DNA from: Candidatus Moraniibacteriota bacterium
GTDB taxonomy: Bacteria > Patescibacteriota > Minisyncoccia > Moranbacterales > UBA9337
DNA: 64,000 bases
Direction: 5' to 3'
NCBI GenBank assembly: GCA_026985555.1
Contig: JALSQF010000003.1
Span: 62,605-126,604, forward strand
In this document: positions 39,805 to 53,317 of the stretch, piece after piece
Numbering within the stretch: position 1 is the stretch's first letter
Layout of the letters: the number at the start of each line of letters is the position of its first letter
Position numbers and translations under genes: made by a program
Notes under the pieces: model-generated
Database searches by the model: none
Seen by the model: only the letters and a program-made list of their open reading frames with translations
What the model was told of the DNA's origin: nothing

Positions 39805-40965
39805 CTAATTCAATGTATTTTTTATAAGTTGCAAGGCTTCTTTTTCAGCTTCTTCTAAATTAGAAGCAGAAACATAAGCTACAATTAAATTATTTTCTTC
39901 TTGAAATCTAGAATTGTTAATCATTTTTTCTATTATATTAGGCACAGTAGTTTTGATAAATAATTTAAATTTTTGAGATTTTTCTTGAAAAATAGCTATA
40001 AAAACTTTTCCATTAGAATAATTGTTTTGAATTTTAGTAAGTATTTCTGGTAGATAATAAGGTTGAGTGCGAGTTTGGATAAAATCTTCTAAGGTTATAA
40101 TTGTCCAAGCCAAACCCAATCCATCGTCATATTTTAATTTTGACATAGCTTTTCCCCAAAGCTTTAGCAAAGATAATGGTTGTGTTTTATAAAGATGTCT
40201 GATTATTTCTTGTTGATCAGCTCCTTTTTCAATTAGTTGAGCTGAAATTTGGAGGGAACGAGGAGTGGTATTTTTTCTCTGAAAACTATTAGTAGCGCTA
40301 ATAATGCCACTCAATAAAGAATGCAAAATAAAATGATTAATATTTTGAGAAAAATATTTTTCTAAAAACAAGTAAACAATCTCACTATTAGATGAAGCAA
40401 CTACATTAACTAAATTTATTTGTCCGAAATTATCATTATGACTATGGTAGTCAATATTAACTACAGGAATTTCATAAAAGATGTCAGGATTTTTTTCATA
40501 AATTTCACCTAAAGATTCTTTATCAGGAATGCCAATGGTAATAACTAAATCATAATGAAAAACTGAGGGAATAAAAGAAAAATCGCGAGGATCAAAAGAA
40601 CCATACTCTGGAGTAACATAAATTCTTAATTCATTTTCTTTTTGTTCCACCTTTGTGTCTATTATTTTTTTATGTTGTGTATTGAAAGATAATACAAAAT
40701 CTTGCGCTCCTGTTATTTTTTCTTGAAGGTTAGAAGGTGTATCTAAAAAGGAAAATTTTTTCAAAGCAATATTTTTTTTCCATTGAGGAAAAATTAAAGT
40801 AGGATTATTGCCAAGTTGTTTGGATAAATTATAAATGCTCCAAGCGGAACCAATAATATCTCCATCGGCGTTAGAAGGAATTAAAATCAAAATATTTTGA
40901 CTTTTTTTAATTATTCTTGCAAATTGTTCTTCAGATGTTAAAACCATAGTGAGGCAGAATAGCAA
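39805..40965 (-). CDS. DHH/DHHA1 phosphoesterase (NrnA-like)
   Basis: DGD and DYHSHN (DHH) motifs. Confidence 0.65.
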   Translation of the reverse strand: MLFCLTMVLTSEEQFARIIKKSQNILILIPSNADGDIIGSAWSIYNLSKQLGNNPTLIFPQWKKNIALKKFSFLDTPSNLQEKITGAQDFVLSFNTQHKKIIDTKVEQKENELRIYVTPEYGSFDPRDFSFIPSVFHYDLVITIGIPDKESLGEIYEKNPDIFYEIPVVNIDYHSHNDNFGQINLVNVVASSNSEIVYLFLEKYFSQNINHFILHSLLSGIISATNSFQRKNTTPRSLQISAQLIEKGADQQEIIRHLYKTQPLSLLKLWGKAMSKLKYDDGLGLAWTIITLEDFIQTRTQPYYLPEILTKIQNNYSNGKVFIAIFQEKSQKFKLFIKTTVPNIIEKMINNSRFQEENNLIVAYVSASNLEEAEKEALQLIKNTLN

Positions 40966-41166
40966 AAGAACTTTAAATTGTCAACTTTTTGTACTGAATA
41001 ACTATATTTATAGGTATTTTTACTAAAATTTTAATTTAGTTTTTCAAGCTTAATTTTTAGAAAATTTAAAACCTGAATCAAGAAACTTTAAGTGTTTACA
41101 AAGTGTTTTATTTTAATTATAGTTTTAATAAATAATTTAACTAACCTTTATTTTTAGAAAAAACTT

Positions 41167-41216
41167 CTTCTGGCTATTTAAATATCCATTTAAATGGATA
41201 TTTAAATAGCCAGAAG
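41167..41216. repeat. 48-bp palindrome copy 4
   Basis: Identical core, in the divergent intergenic region. Confidence 0.95.
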
Positions 41217-41351
41217 AGACTCAAATTAAATTTTTATCCATTTTATGTTTTAAATTTTTTTAATAAAATACATTATGTTAAAAGTATATTGTCAGAAGAG
41301 GGAGAATATTTTATAATACTTATAAGATTATTATTTAATGTATTTTAATTT

Positions 41352-41933
41352 ATGATACTTCAAAAAAATAAAAATAAAAAAGATTCTAAAAAATTTAAGG
41401 TAGCTTTTCGTTTTGCAGATCCGCAAAAAATTATTGATAACCTAAAAATAAAAACAGGAAGTAAAATCGCTGATTTTGGAAGTGGATCAGGGTTTTTTAC
41501 AATACCTTTAGCTAGAAAAGTCGGAGAAAAAGGAGTAATTTATGCTTTAGATGTGCTTCCCTCAGCATTAGAATCCATAGAAAGTCAATCCCACACTTTT
41601 GGATTAGAAAATATTATTATTAAAAGAGTTGATCTTACTAAAGAAAAAGGAAGCGGTTTATCTAATGAAAGTGTGGATTGGGTTATCCTTAAAGATGTTT
41701 TATTCCAAAATCAAGAGAAAAAGCAAATGTTAAAAGAAGCTTTTAGGATTTTAAAAAAAGGAGGAAGTGTTTTAATTATGGAATGGAATGAAAATAATTT
41801 TGCTATGGGTCCTGACATAAAAAAAAGAGTATCCGTTGAAGAGTTGAGTAAAATATTAATAGAACAAGGTTTTTCTGTTAGTGAACCTGAAGAGGCCGGT
41901 AATTTTCATTATATTCTTATTGCTACTAAATAG
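41352..41933 (+). CDS. class I SAM-dependent methyltransferase
   Basis: IADFGSGSGFFT motif I. Confidence 0.65.
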   Translation: MILQKNKNKKDSKKFKVAFRFADPQKIIDNLKIKTGSKIADFGSGSGFFTIPLARKVGEKGVIYALDVLPSALESIESQSHTFGLENIIIKRVDLTKEKGSGLSNESVDWVILKDVLFQNQEKKQMLKEAFRILKKGGSVLIMEWNENNFAMGPDIKKRVSVEELSKILIEQGFSVSEPEEAGNFHYILIATK

Positions 41934-41953
41934 TTTTTTATTTTTTAAAAATT

Positions 41954-42895
41954 ATGCAAAAAGACAAAGATATGAAAAATGTTTTATATGATTTAGCTAT
42001 AGTTGGTGCTGGTCCAGCAGGATTAAATGCTTCTGTGTATGCTTCTAGATATGGATTAAAGAACGTGATTATTGGTCAGGTTCCAGGAGGATTAACTACA
42101 GAAACTCATGAGATTGGAAATTGGTTAGGGACAGAAAAAATTACAGGGGCAGAATTTGCTCAAAAAGCCTATCAGCATGCTCAAAATTTAAAAGCAGATA
42201 TAAAACTTAATCTAGTGGATAATATAAACAAAAAAGATAATCATTTTAAAATTATTTTAGATAGTAAAGAGGAAGTGTTAGCGCGAACAATTTTATTAGC
42301 ATTAGGTAGTAAACATAGAAAACTTAATATTCCAGGAGAAAAAGAATTGGCAGGAAAAGGTGTTTCTTATTGCGCTACTTGTGATGGATTTTTTTATAAA
42401 AACAAAAATGTAATTGTTGTTGGTGGAAGTGATAGCGCTGCTGTGGCAGCTATTTATTTAGGAGATATTGCTAAAAAAGTTTATCTTATTTATCGCAAGA
42501 ATCAATTAAGAGCTGAAAAATTTTGGCAAAAATCCATTCTTTCAAATTCAAAAATAGAGGTAATTTATAATACTAATTTATTAAAAATAGAAGGAAATAA
42601 TAAAGTAGAAAAAGTTATTCTAGATAATCCTTATAAAAATTCTAAAGAACTAAAAATAGATGGTGTGTTTGTGGAAATTGGATCCGTTCCTAATAATTTT
42701 TTAGCTAAGCAATTAGGAATTGAATTAGATGAAGATGGCTACATTAAAATTAATGCTGATGGAAGCACTAGTTTAAAAGGAGTGTGGGCAGCGGGAGATA
42801 TTACCACTGGTTCTAATAAATTTAAACAAATTGTTACAGCAGCTGCTGAAGGAGCGATTGCAGTTAATAGCATACAAAATTATTTAAAAAAATAA
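41954..42895 (+). CDS. trxB: thioredoxin-disulfide reductase
   Basis: GAGPAG FAD site, CATC redox-active cysteines, second GGSDSA NADPH site. Confidence 0.85.
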   Translation: MQKDKDMKNVLYDLAIVGAGPAGLNASVYASRYGLKNVIIGQVPGGLTTETHEIGNWLGTEKITGAEFAQKAYQHAQNLKADIKLNLVDNINKKDNHFKIILDSKEEVLARTILLALGSKHRKLNIPGEKELAGKGVSYCATCDGFFYKNKNVIVVGGSDSAAVAAIYLGDIAKKVYLIYRKNQLRAEKFWQKSILSNSKIEVIYNTNLLKIEGNNKVEKVILDNPYKNSKELKIDGVFVEIGSVPNNFLAKQLGIELDEDGYIKINADGSTSLKGVWAAGDITTGSNKFKQIVTAAAEGAIAVNSIQNYLKK

Positions 42896-42914
42896 AATAA
42901 AAAACAAGATAAAA

Positions 42915-44852
42915 ATGACAGAAGACCCTCTTAAAAAAATAAATCAGGAGTTATATAATCCTAAATCTTCTATTGATGAAAGAAAATTTGATTCTGGTCC
43001 TTTTGATATAGATAATTTTCCCAATCGTTCTAGCTTTATTTTTAAAGGCAAAAGCCGTTGGGAAAAAATGACTAAAGGATGGGATTATTGGCAAAAAATG
43101 GCTTTTATTATTGGATTAGTTTTAGTTAATGCTATGATTATAGGAAGCGTTTTTTGGATAGCTATAGTTAAATTTAAACAAACGGCTTTTTCTGAAAAAA
43201 AAGTAATGTTAGAATGGATGGGAGATAAGAATGTTCAAGGAGCAGATTTAGCTGAATTTGAATTAAAATATTTTAATAAAAATAGAACTAGATTAAAAAA
43301 TGTTGAATTAAAAATAGTTTATCCTAGAAATTTTATTCCAGAAAAAAATTTTAGATTTAAGTATCAAGGGAAAACTAGCAGTTTGTTATATATAGGCGAT
43401 TTAAAGCCATATCAGAAAGGAAAAATAAAAATTAAAGGACGTTTTTATGCTCCCGAAAGTTATGAAGGTTATTTAACCGCTTTTTTAAGTTATTATCCGA
43501 AGAATTTTAGTAGTAAATTTATAGCGCAAAAACAATATGTAATTAAAATTAAAAAGTCTCCTTTGGAATTGCATATTTTATCTCCCAAAGAAGTTTTAAA
43601 TAATGGACAAATTGAATATGAGATACATTGCAAAAATGATAGTCAGATAACCTTTAAAGATATTTATATAAAAGCAGAATATCCAAATAATTTTAGTTTT
43701 CAAAATGCTGATCCTTATCCAATACAAAAAGAGAATATCTGGTATCTAGCTTCTCTTGTTCCAGGTAATGAAAGCATTATTAAGATTAAAGGAACTTTAA
43801 AAGGTGTTACTGATGAAATTAAAACTATTACTGTTAGTGTAGGGAAAATTAACGAAGGAAAGACAGGATTTTTGGCTTATAGTATGTCTCAAAAAACTGT
43901 TCGTATTACATCTTCTCCTCTTTTTGTAAAACAATTAATTAATAATCAAGAAAATTTAAATGTTCATTTGGGGGATGTAGTAAGATATAAAATAAAATAT
44001 GGTAACAATAGCAAAGTCGGTTTAAGAAATGTAGTGATTAATCTCAAAATGAATACAAAGATTGTTGATTGGAGTAAGTTACGATTGCAAAAAGGCGCAG
44101 TAGATGCTAATACCAAAACTATTACATGGAAAGCAGTTGATATTCCTAAATTAGCTAATTTGTCTTCAGGTGAACAAGGTGAAATAGATTTTGATTTACC
44201 TATTAAAAATAAACTAGAAATTAATAGCCATCAAGATAAAAATTTTGTATTAGAAGGAGTAGCTACGATTGATAGCCCTGATTTACATATTGAAACATAT
44301 CAATTACCTAAAACAATAACTGTATCTAATCGTCTCATTGCTAAATTAACTTCTAAAGTTATTTTAGAAGAAAAAGGTTATTATAATGATTCTGAAATTG
44401 AAAATTTTGGTCCTATTCCTCCTGAAGTCAATAAAGAAACTACTTATGTTCTTCACTGGAAAATTACTAATGTTTCTAATGAAATTAAAGATGTTACTGT
44501 GAAAGCTTTTTTACCAACGGGAAATAAATGGAAGGGAATTGTTAAGCCAGAAAATGAGCATAGTAATATACATTTCAATGAACGAACTCACGAAATAGTT
44601 TGGAAAATTCCTTATTTAGAAAACGGAAAAGGTATTCTTGATTTTCCTAAAGAAGTTAGTTTTCAAATAGGAGTTGTTCCTCAAATTAATCAGGTTGGTA
44701 AAGAAATTTTATTATTAAATAAAGTAATTTTAGAGGCAGAGGATACTTTTACGCATGAAATTATTCATCAGGAATTAAAAGAAAAACGAACAAATCTAAT
44801 GGAAGATGCTAGTATTCCTCAATCAGCTTATAAAGTTATTAATGAATCATAG
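42915..44852 (+). CDS. membrane-anchored hypothetical protein with predicted repeated beta-sandwich domains
   Basis: Transmembrane helix near the N-terminus; repetitive beta-rich composition. The family is not assigned. Confidence 0.3.
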   Translation: MTEDPLKKINQELYNPKSSIDERKFDSGPFDIDNFPNRSSFIFKGKSRWEKMTKGWDYWQKMAFIIGLVLVNAMIIGSVFWIAIVKFKQTAFSEKKVMLEWMGDKNVQGADLAEFELKYFNKNRTRLKNVELKIVYPRNFIPEKNFRFKYQGKTSSLLYIGDLKPYQKGKIKIKGRFYAPESYEGYLTAFLSYYPKNFSSKFIAQKQYVIKIKKSPLELHILSPKEVLNNGQIEYEIHCKNDSQITFKDIYIKAEYPNNFSFQNADPYPIQKENIWYLASLVPGNESIIKIKGTLKGVTDEIKTITVSVGKINEGKTGFLAYSMSQKTVRITSSPLFVKQLINNQENLNVHLGDVVRYKIKYGNNSKVGLRNVVINLKMNTKIVDWSKLRLQKGAVDANTKTITWKAVDIPKLANLSSGEQGEIDFDLPIKNKLEINSHQDKNFVLEGVATIDSPDLHIETYQLPKTITVSNRLIAKLTSKVILEEKGYYNDSEIENFGPIPPEVNKETTYVLHWKITNVSNEIKDVTVKAFLPTGNKWKGIVKPENEHSNIHFNERTHEIVWKIPYLENGKGILDFPKEVSFQIGVVPQINQVGKEILLLNKVILEAEDTFTHEIIHQELKEKRTNLMEDASIPQSAYKVINES

Positions 44853-44861
44853 TTTTTAATT

Positions 44862-46004
44862 ATGAACAAAAAAAATCAGATAAGGCAAAAAAAGTTTTTA
44901 AAAACTAATTACGGGGAAATAGAGTCCCCCTTTTTTATGCCAGATGCTACCAGAGGTTTTGTTAAATTCCTTTCTTTAAAAGATCTTTCAAATATTAATT
45001 TAGAAGCGGTAGTAGTTAATACATATCATCTTTTTTTGCGACCAGGTCAATCTTTCTTTAAAAAGGAGAATATTCATAAATGGGGCAACTGGGAAATTCC
45101 TGTTTTATCGGATAGTGGTGGATATCAAGTTTTTTCTTTGATTCGTAGAAATAAAAAAATGGGAAAAATAACTGATAAAGGAGCTTATTTTCGTTCTCCT
45201 TTAGATGGAAAATGGCTCTGGCTTACTCCAGAAAAATCTATTGCTATGCAATTTGATCTTGGAGTAGACATGATGGTTGTTTTAGATGATCCTCCACAAA
45301 ACAATTTAAAAAAAGATAAAATAAAACAAGCAGTAGAAAGGACATTACAATGGGCGCGTCGTTCTGTAAAAGAATATAAAAGGCAAATAAGAAACAGAAG
45401 AATTAGTTTTAAAAAACGTCCCTTATTATTTGCCGTAATCCAAGGTGGTCCTTATCTTGATTTGAGAGAGTATTGTTTAAATGGATTAAAAAAAATAGCC
45501 TTTGAAGAAAAAGATGATATTTTCAAAGATTGGGATGGTTATGGTTTTGGAGGTAGACATGTTGATTCTCAAGGAAATTTTATGGAAGATATTTTAAAGG
45601 CAACGGCTAAAATGATACCTAATAATAAGTGGAAATTTGCCTTAGGAATAGGAAGTCCAGAAGACATTGTAAAAAGTGTTTCAATGGGTTGGGATATGTT
45701 TGATTGTGTAATTCCCACTAGAGAAGGGCGACATGGAAAATTGCTAATCAGAAAATATCCAAAAATAATAGTAAGAAATAAATTGAAATATGAAGTAGTT
45801 AATATTTCCAATCAACGTTTTAAAAATAATACAAAAATTATAGATAAGCATTGTCAGTGTGAATTATGCCAATATTATAATTTTTCTTTTTTACATCATT
45901 TATTTAAATACCAAGATCCTTTAGGAATGCGTTTAGTAGCTTTGCATAATTTAAAGTTTTATTTAGATTTAATGAATGAATTAAGAGATATACAAGTTGT
46001 TTAA
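44862..46004 (+). CDS. tgt: queuine tRNA-ribosyltransferase
   Basis: LSDSGGYQVFSL catalytic motif; CxCxxC...H zinc site (CQCELCQYY...H). Confidence 0.85.
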   Translation: MNKKNQIRQKKFLKTNYGEIESPFFMPDATRGFVKFLSLKDLSNINLEAVVVNTYHLFLRPGQSFFKKENIHKWGNWEIPVLSDSGGYQVFSLIRRNKKMGKITDKGAYFRSPLDGKWLWLTPEKSIAMQFDLGVDMMVVLDDPPQNNLKKDKIKQAVERTLQWARRSVKEYKRQIRNRRISFKKRPLLFAVIQGGPYLDLREYCLNGLKKIAFEEKDDIFKDWDGYGFGGRHVDSQGNFMEDILKATAKMIPNNKWKFALGIGSPEDIVKSVSMGWDMFDCVIPTREGRHGKLLIRKYPKIIVRNKLKYEVVNISNQRFKNNTKIIDKHCQCELCQYYNFSFLHHLFKYQDPLGMRLVALHNLKFYLDLMNELRDIQVV

Positions 46005-46016
46005 GTTGTATCTAAA

Positions 46017-46044
46017 TTTGACAAAAATATTTTTTTTGTTATAA
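46017..46044 (+). promoter_or_regulatory. near-consensus sigma70 promoter TTGACA-N16-TATAAT
   Basis: Read directly; upstream of nusA. Confidence 0.55.
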
Positions 46045-46086
46045 TAATATTAATTGGTAAAGAATTTTGATTTTTAAGATTCGTGA

Positions 46087-46113
46087 TTGCGGATCTTTTT
46101 TTAAACTAAAGAA
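46087..46113 (+). terminator. intrinsic-terminator-like hairpin plus T7 tract in the nusA leader (possible attenuator)
   Basis: aagattcg-tgattg-cggatctt stem-loop followed by ttttttt, about 45 nt before the nusA ATG. Confidence 0.45.
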
Positions 46114-46158
46114 AATTTTTTAATAAAAGTAAACACTATAAATATTAATTTTAAAAAT

Positions 46159-47367
46159 ATGTCGCAAAAAGTAAAAAAAGAAAAAGGATTAAACAGCGAG
46201 GAATTTCTCAGCGCTATTGATCAACTTTGTGAAGAAAAGGGATTGTCTAAAGAAAAAGTAATGGAAACAGTAGAAGCTGCTTTAGCAGCTGCTTATAAGA
46301 AAGATTATGGAAAAAAAGGGCAACACATTAGAGCTAAATTTGATTTAGTAACAGGAGGAACAGAATTTTATTTAGTGAAAGAAGTAGTTGATGAAACTAC
46401 GCGAGAAATGTCTTCGTTGGAAAATAATAAAGATAAAAATATCAACCAAAAAAAAGATAAATCTAAAAGTAATGAAACCAAATTAAATCGTTTTAATCCA
46501 GAAAGAGATATTCTTTTAGAAGAAGCACGGAAAATAAAAAAAGATGTTAAAGTCGGTGATACCATTGAAACTAAATTAGAAGCCAAGAGTAATTATGGAC
46601 GTATAGCTGCTCAAACAGCTAAACAGGTTATTATTCAAAGAATAAGAGAAGCAGAAAGAAATGCGATGTATGAAGAATATAAAGAAAAAGAAGGAGAAGT
46701 AATAAGCGGAACAGTGCAAAGAGTAGAAGGAAGTAATGTCTATATTGATTTAGGAAAATCAACTGGCGTATTACTTCCTAGTGAACAAATTCCGAGAGAG
46801 AATTATAGGATAGGACAAAGAATAAAGGTTTATCTAGCTAAAGTGGAAGTGGACACAAAAGGTCCTGGTGTTATCTTAAGTCGTAATCATCCTGAAATGC
46901 TTAGAAAACTTTTTGAACTAGAAGTTCCAGAGATATTTGCAGGAACGGTAGAAATAAAAGCAGTAGCTAGGGAAGCGGGAGAAAGGAGTAAAATTGCTGT
47001 AGAAGCTAAAGAGGAAGGAGTTGATCCGATTGGCTCTTGTGTTGGGCAAAAAGGAACAAGAGTGCAAACAATTATTGATGAATTAAATGGAGAAAAAATA
47101 GATATTATAGAATGGGATAAAGATCCAGCTAAATTTATTGCGTCTTCTTTAAGTCCCGCTAAAGTTTTGGCAGTAGATTTAGATGAAAAAAATAAGCATG
47201 CTATTGTTAAGGTCCCAGAAGATCAACTTTCGTTAGCTATTGGAAAACGAGGGCAAAATGTAAGATTAGCAGCTAAATTAACTGATTGGAAAATTGATGT
47301 GGAAGGGGCTAATTTAATTCAGGAAGAAGAACAAGAAAAGAAAAAAAAACCAAAGATGAAAATATAA
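46159..47367 (+). CDS. nusA: transcription termination/antitermination factor NusA
   Basis: S1 domain (ISGTVQRVEGSNVYIDLG) and two KH domains (GSCVGQKGTRVQ; AIGKRGQNVRLA). Confidence 0.9.
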   Translation: MSQKVKKEKGLNSEEFLSAIDQLCEEKGLSKEKVMETVEAALAAAYKKDYGKKGQHIRAKFDLVTGGTEFYLVKEVVDETTREMSSLENNKDKNINQKKDKSKSNETKLNRFNPERDILLEEARKIKKDVKVGDTIETKLEAKSNYGRIAAQTAKQVIIQRIREAERNAMYEEYKEKEGEVISGTVQRVEGSNVYIDLGKSTGVLLPSEQIPRENYRIGQRIKVYLAKVEVDTKGPGVILSRNHPEMLRKLFELEVPEIFAGTVEIKAVAREAGERSKIAVEAKEEGVDPIGSCVGQKGTRVQTIIDELNGEKIDIIEWDKDPAKFIASSLSPAKVLAVDLDEKNKHAIVKVPEDQLSLAIGKRGQNVRLAAKLTDWKIDVEGANLIQEEEQEKKKKPKMKI

Positions 47368-47465
47368 ACAAGGGAGAAGAATTAAAAAGTGAAGTTACCA
47401 ATAAAGAAGAAAAAGTAAAAAAAGAAGAAAAATAATTTAATAAATAAACTAGAAAAATCAATTAT

Positions 47466-48752
47466 ATGAAATTAAAAAAATTACCCCACTCTCAAGTAGA
47501 AATAAATTTAAGTATTCCTTGGGAAAAATGGAAAAAGTTTTTTCAAGAAACTATCAATAATTTTTCCCGAGAGATTAAAGTAGAAGGATTTCGTCCAGGA
47601 AAAGTTCCTCGTGAAATTATAGAACAAAAAGTAGGATTAGAAACCATACTTAATCAATCAGCGGAAAAAGCTATCCAAAATGATTATGCTCAAGTTATTC
47701 AAAAAGAAAAAATTGAAGCCATAGGTGCTCCACAGGTAGAATTATTGAAATTAGCCGAAGGAAATGATTTAGAGTATAAAATTATTACAGCCGTTATGCC
47801 AGAAGTTGAATTAAAAGATTGGGAAAGTGAAGTAAAAAGAATTAATAAAAAGTATGTAGATACAAAAATAGATATTAAGAAAGATAGAATAGATCAGGAA
47901 TTGAAAAAACTAGCTGAAAGTAGAGTAAAGTTAGTAGCCGTTAATCGTGAAGCACGATCAGGAGACAGTGTGCAAATTGATTTTGATGTTTTACAAAATG
48001 GTGTGATTATTGAAAATGGTTCTAGTAAAAATCACAATTTAATTCTAGGCAGAGGAGTTTTTATTCCTGGATTTGAAGAAAAAATAATAGGAATGAAAGC
48101 AGAGGAAGAAAAAGAATTTGAATTAAAATTTCCAGAAAATTATCATGCTAAAAATTTAGCAGGAAAGAAAGCTCAATTTAGAGTGAAAATGAAGGCTGTG
48201 CAAAAAAGAGAAACTCCTTCTATTGATGATAATTTTGCTACTAGTTTAGGTAAATTTAAAAACTTACAAGAACTAAAAGAGAGCTTAAAAGAAGGTTTAA
48301 CAGAAGAAGAAAAGATTAAAATTAAAAACAAACAAAGGGAAGAAATTTTAGATGCTATTATTGAAAAAATGAAAGTAGATTTACCTCAAATTTTATTAGA
48401 TGAAGAATTACACAAAATGACACACGAATTTGAAGATCAACTACAAAGATCGGGTTTAAATTTAGATGATTATTTAAAACAAATAAATAAGAAAAAAGAA
48501 GATTTGCAAAAAGGATGGAAGCCACAAGCTGAAAAAAGAATAAAATCATCTTTAGCTCTAGATTATTTAGCTAAACTAAAAGAAATTAAAGTTCCTTCTG
48601 GTGAAATTGAAGCGGAAATGAATAAAGTTTTACAACAATATAGAGGAGTTAAAGATTTGGAAAAAAATATTGATATGAAAAGATTATATGAATATGTAAA
48701 AGCCACTTTACAAAACGAAAAGATTTTACAAATATTGGAAAAAATGGAATAA
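47466..48752 (+). CDS. tig: trigger factor
   Basis: N-terminal ribosome-binding region and FKBP-like middle domain. Conserved tig-clpP synteny. Confidence 0.8.
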   Translation: MKLKKLPHSQVEINLSIPWEKWKKFFQETINNFSREIKVEGFRPGKVPREIIEQKVGLETILNQSAEKAIQNDYAQVIQKEKIEAIGAPQVELLKLAEGNDLEYKIITAVMPEVELKDWESEVKRINKKYVDTKIDIKKDRIDQELKKLAESRVKLVAVNREARSGDSVQIDFDVLQNGVIIENGSSKNHNLILGRGVFIPGFEEKIIGMKAEEEKEFELKFPENYHAKNLAGKKAQFRVKMKAVQKRETPSIDDNFATSLGKFKNLQELKESLKEGLTEEEKIKIKNKQREEILDAIIEKMKVDLPQILLDEELHKMTHEFEDQLQRSGLNLDDYLKQINKKKEDLQKGWKPQAEKRIKSSLALDYLAKLKEIKVPSGEIEAEMNKVLQQYRGVKDLEKNIDMKRLYEYVKATLQNEKILQILEKME

Positions 48753-48785
48753 TTTTTTAGTTTAATTATTTAATTTAATTAGCAT

Positions 48786-49382
48786 ATGAAAAAAGATATA
48801 AATAATCAATTATTAATTCCTACTGTTATTGAAAAAACTAACTATGGAGAAAGAGCTTATGATATTTATTCGCGTCTTCTTAAAGATAGAATAATTTTTA
48901 TTGGCACTCCTATTGAAGATGTTTTAGCTAACGCAGTAATTGCTCAATTATTATTTTTGGAATCACAAAACAATAAGGAGGATATAAAAATTTATATTAA
49001 TTCTCCTGGTGGTGTAGTTACTTCTGCTCTAGCTATTTATGATACAATGCAATATGTTAAACCAGATGTGCAAACTATTTGTATAGGAATGGCTGCTTCC
49101 GCTGCTTCTCTTCTTTTAGCGGCAGGCGCCAAGGGAAAAAGAATGATTTTACCTAATGGAGAAGTAATGATTCATCAAGTTATGGGAGGAGCACAAGGAC
49201 AAGCTACAGATGTGGATATTCATGCTAAACATATTTTAAGAACCAAGGAAAGATTAAATAAGATATTAGCAAAACATACTAAACAAAGATTAAGTAAAAT
49301 AGAAAAAGATACAGATAGAGATTATTTTATGAGTGCGGAAGAAGCAAAAAAATATGGGATTGTAGATAAGATTATAAAATAA
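48786..49382 (+). CDS. clpP: ATP-dependent Clp protease proteolytic subunit
   Basis: GMAASAAS active-site serine region and the His/Asp triad context. Confidence 0.9.
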   Translation: MKKDINNQLLIPTVIEKTNYGERAYDIYSRLLKDRIIFIGTPIEDVLANAVIAQLLFLESQNNKEDIKIYINSPGGVVTSALAIYDTMQYVKPDVQTICIGMAASAASLLLAAGAKGKRMILPNGEVMIHQVMGGAQGQATDVDIHAKHILRTKERLNKILAKHTKQRLSKIEKDTDRDYFMSAEEAKKYGIVDKIIK

Positions 49383-49394
49383 TTTTTAGAAAAT

Positions 49395-49446
49395 GCTTCT
49401 GGCTATTTAAATATCCATTTAAATGGATATTTAAATAGCCAGAAGC
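49395..49446. repeat. 48-bp palindrome copy 5 (52 bp with its extended arms)
   Basis: Identical core; lies between clpP and the 23S leader. Confidence 0.95.
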
Positions 49447-49519
49447 TAATAAACTTTTTCTTTTTAAGAAATAGAATATAAAAAATTATTAGGAATTTAA
49501 TTTAAATATCTTTCAACTC

Positions 49520-49547
49520 TTGACAAAAAAAATAAATTTGTTATTCT
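49520..49547 (+). promoter_or_regulatory. candidate rRNA promoter TTGACA-N16-TATTCT
   Basis: Consensus -35 with a plausible -10; about 440 nt upstream of 23S. Confidence 0.35.
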
Positions 49548-49986
49548 GATGAGGCTTGCAAAAATAATTATTTTTTTAATTTAACTAATTGAAAAAACAA
49601 TCTATATCAAAAAATAATAAGCAAAAATATAAACGGTATTTCAATCTAATTTCATTTAAATCTATTTAATAGAAATAAAAAATGAAATAGAAATTAGTTG
49701 AATTCCGTTATGGCGGAGTTTTTTATTTGAAAATTAATTAAAAAGTTTGTGAAGAAATTGATATTTTAGATTATTAAAATATAAACTGAACTTAAAATCT
49801 AAAGTATTAATTTCCGCATAAATGAGTAAATTAAAAACAAAATAGAAAAGATGGTTTTATAGAAAGGAAATTATTTTTAAGCGGAAAAATAGTTTCTGAA
49901 ATAAAACCAAAATAAAGTAGGTAAGTAATTTTATTGAGTCAAAAATTAGTTAAGTTATTTTTAACTACTAATTTTGAAAGTAAAAA

Positions 49987-53056
<3,070 letters not shown>

Positions 53057-53181
53057 TTACTTTCATTTCATTGTAGCAATTACGCTAGCGTTTGTTACAA
53101 TGATTAGTAGTTAAAAGTAACTTAATGTAGTTATTTTAAATAATTTTGCAGATACCAACTGAAACTAGATGATATTATTTT

Positions 53182-53294
53182 GGTGGTTTTAGCGAGAGGG
53201 GTACACCTGTTCCCATACCGAACACAGTAGTTAAGCCTCTTAGCGCCGATGATATTGAGACTTAAAAGTCTTGAGAAAGTAGGTCGCCGCCAAA
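53182..53294 (+). rRNA. rrf: 5S ribosomal RNA
   Basis: CCTGTTCCCATACCGAACACAG...GCGCCGATG...GTAGG are conserved. Confidence 0.85.
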
Positions 53295-53317
53295 ATAATG
53301 TCATCTAGTTTTTTTAT

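Noticed and set aside
89-49446. Interpreting the five palindromes as a CRISPR array or as parS or dif sites
   Set aside because: The copies are 8-14 kb apart, so they are not a spacer-repeat array. The sequence has no similarity to the parS (TGTTTCACGTGAAACA) or dif consensus, although a different segregation or organisation role remains possible.
49450-49986. 16S rRNA or tRNA genes in the 540-bp leader upstream of 23S
   Set aside because: The sequence is AT-rich with no conserved 16S blocks or cloverleaf structures; it is only a leader.
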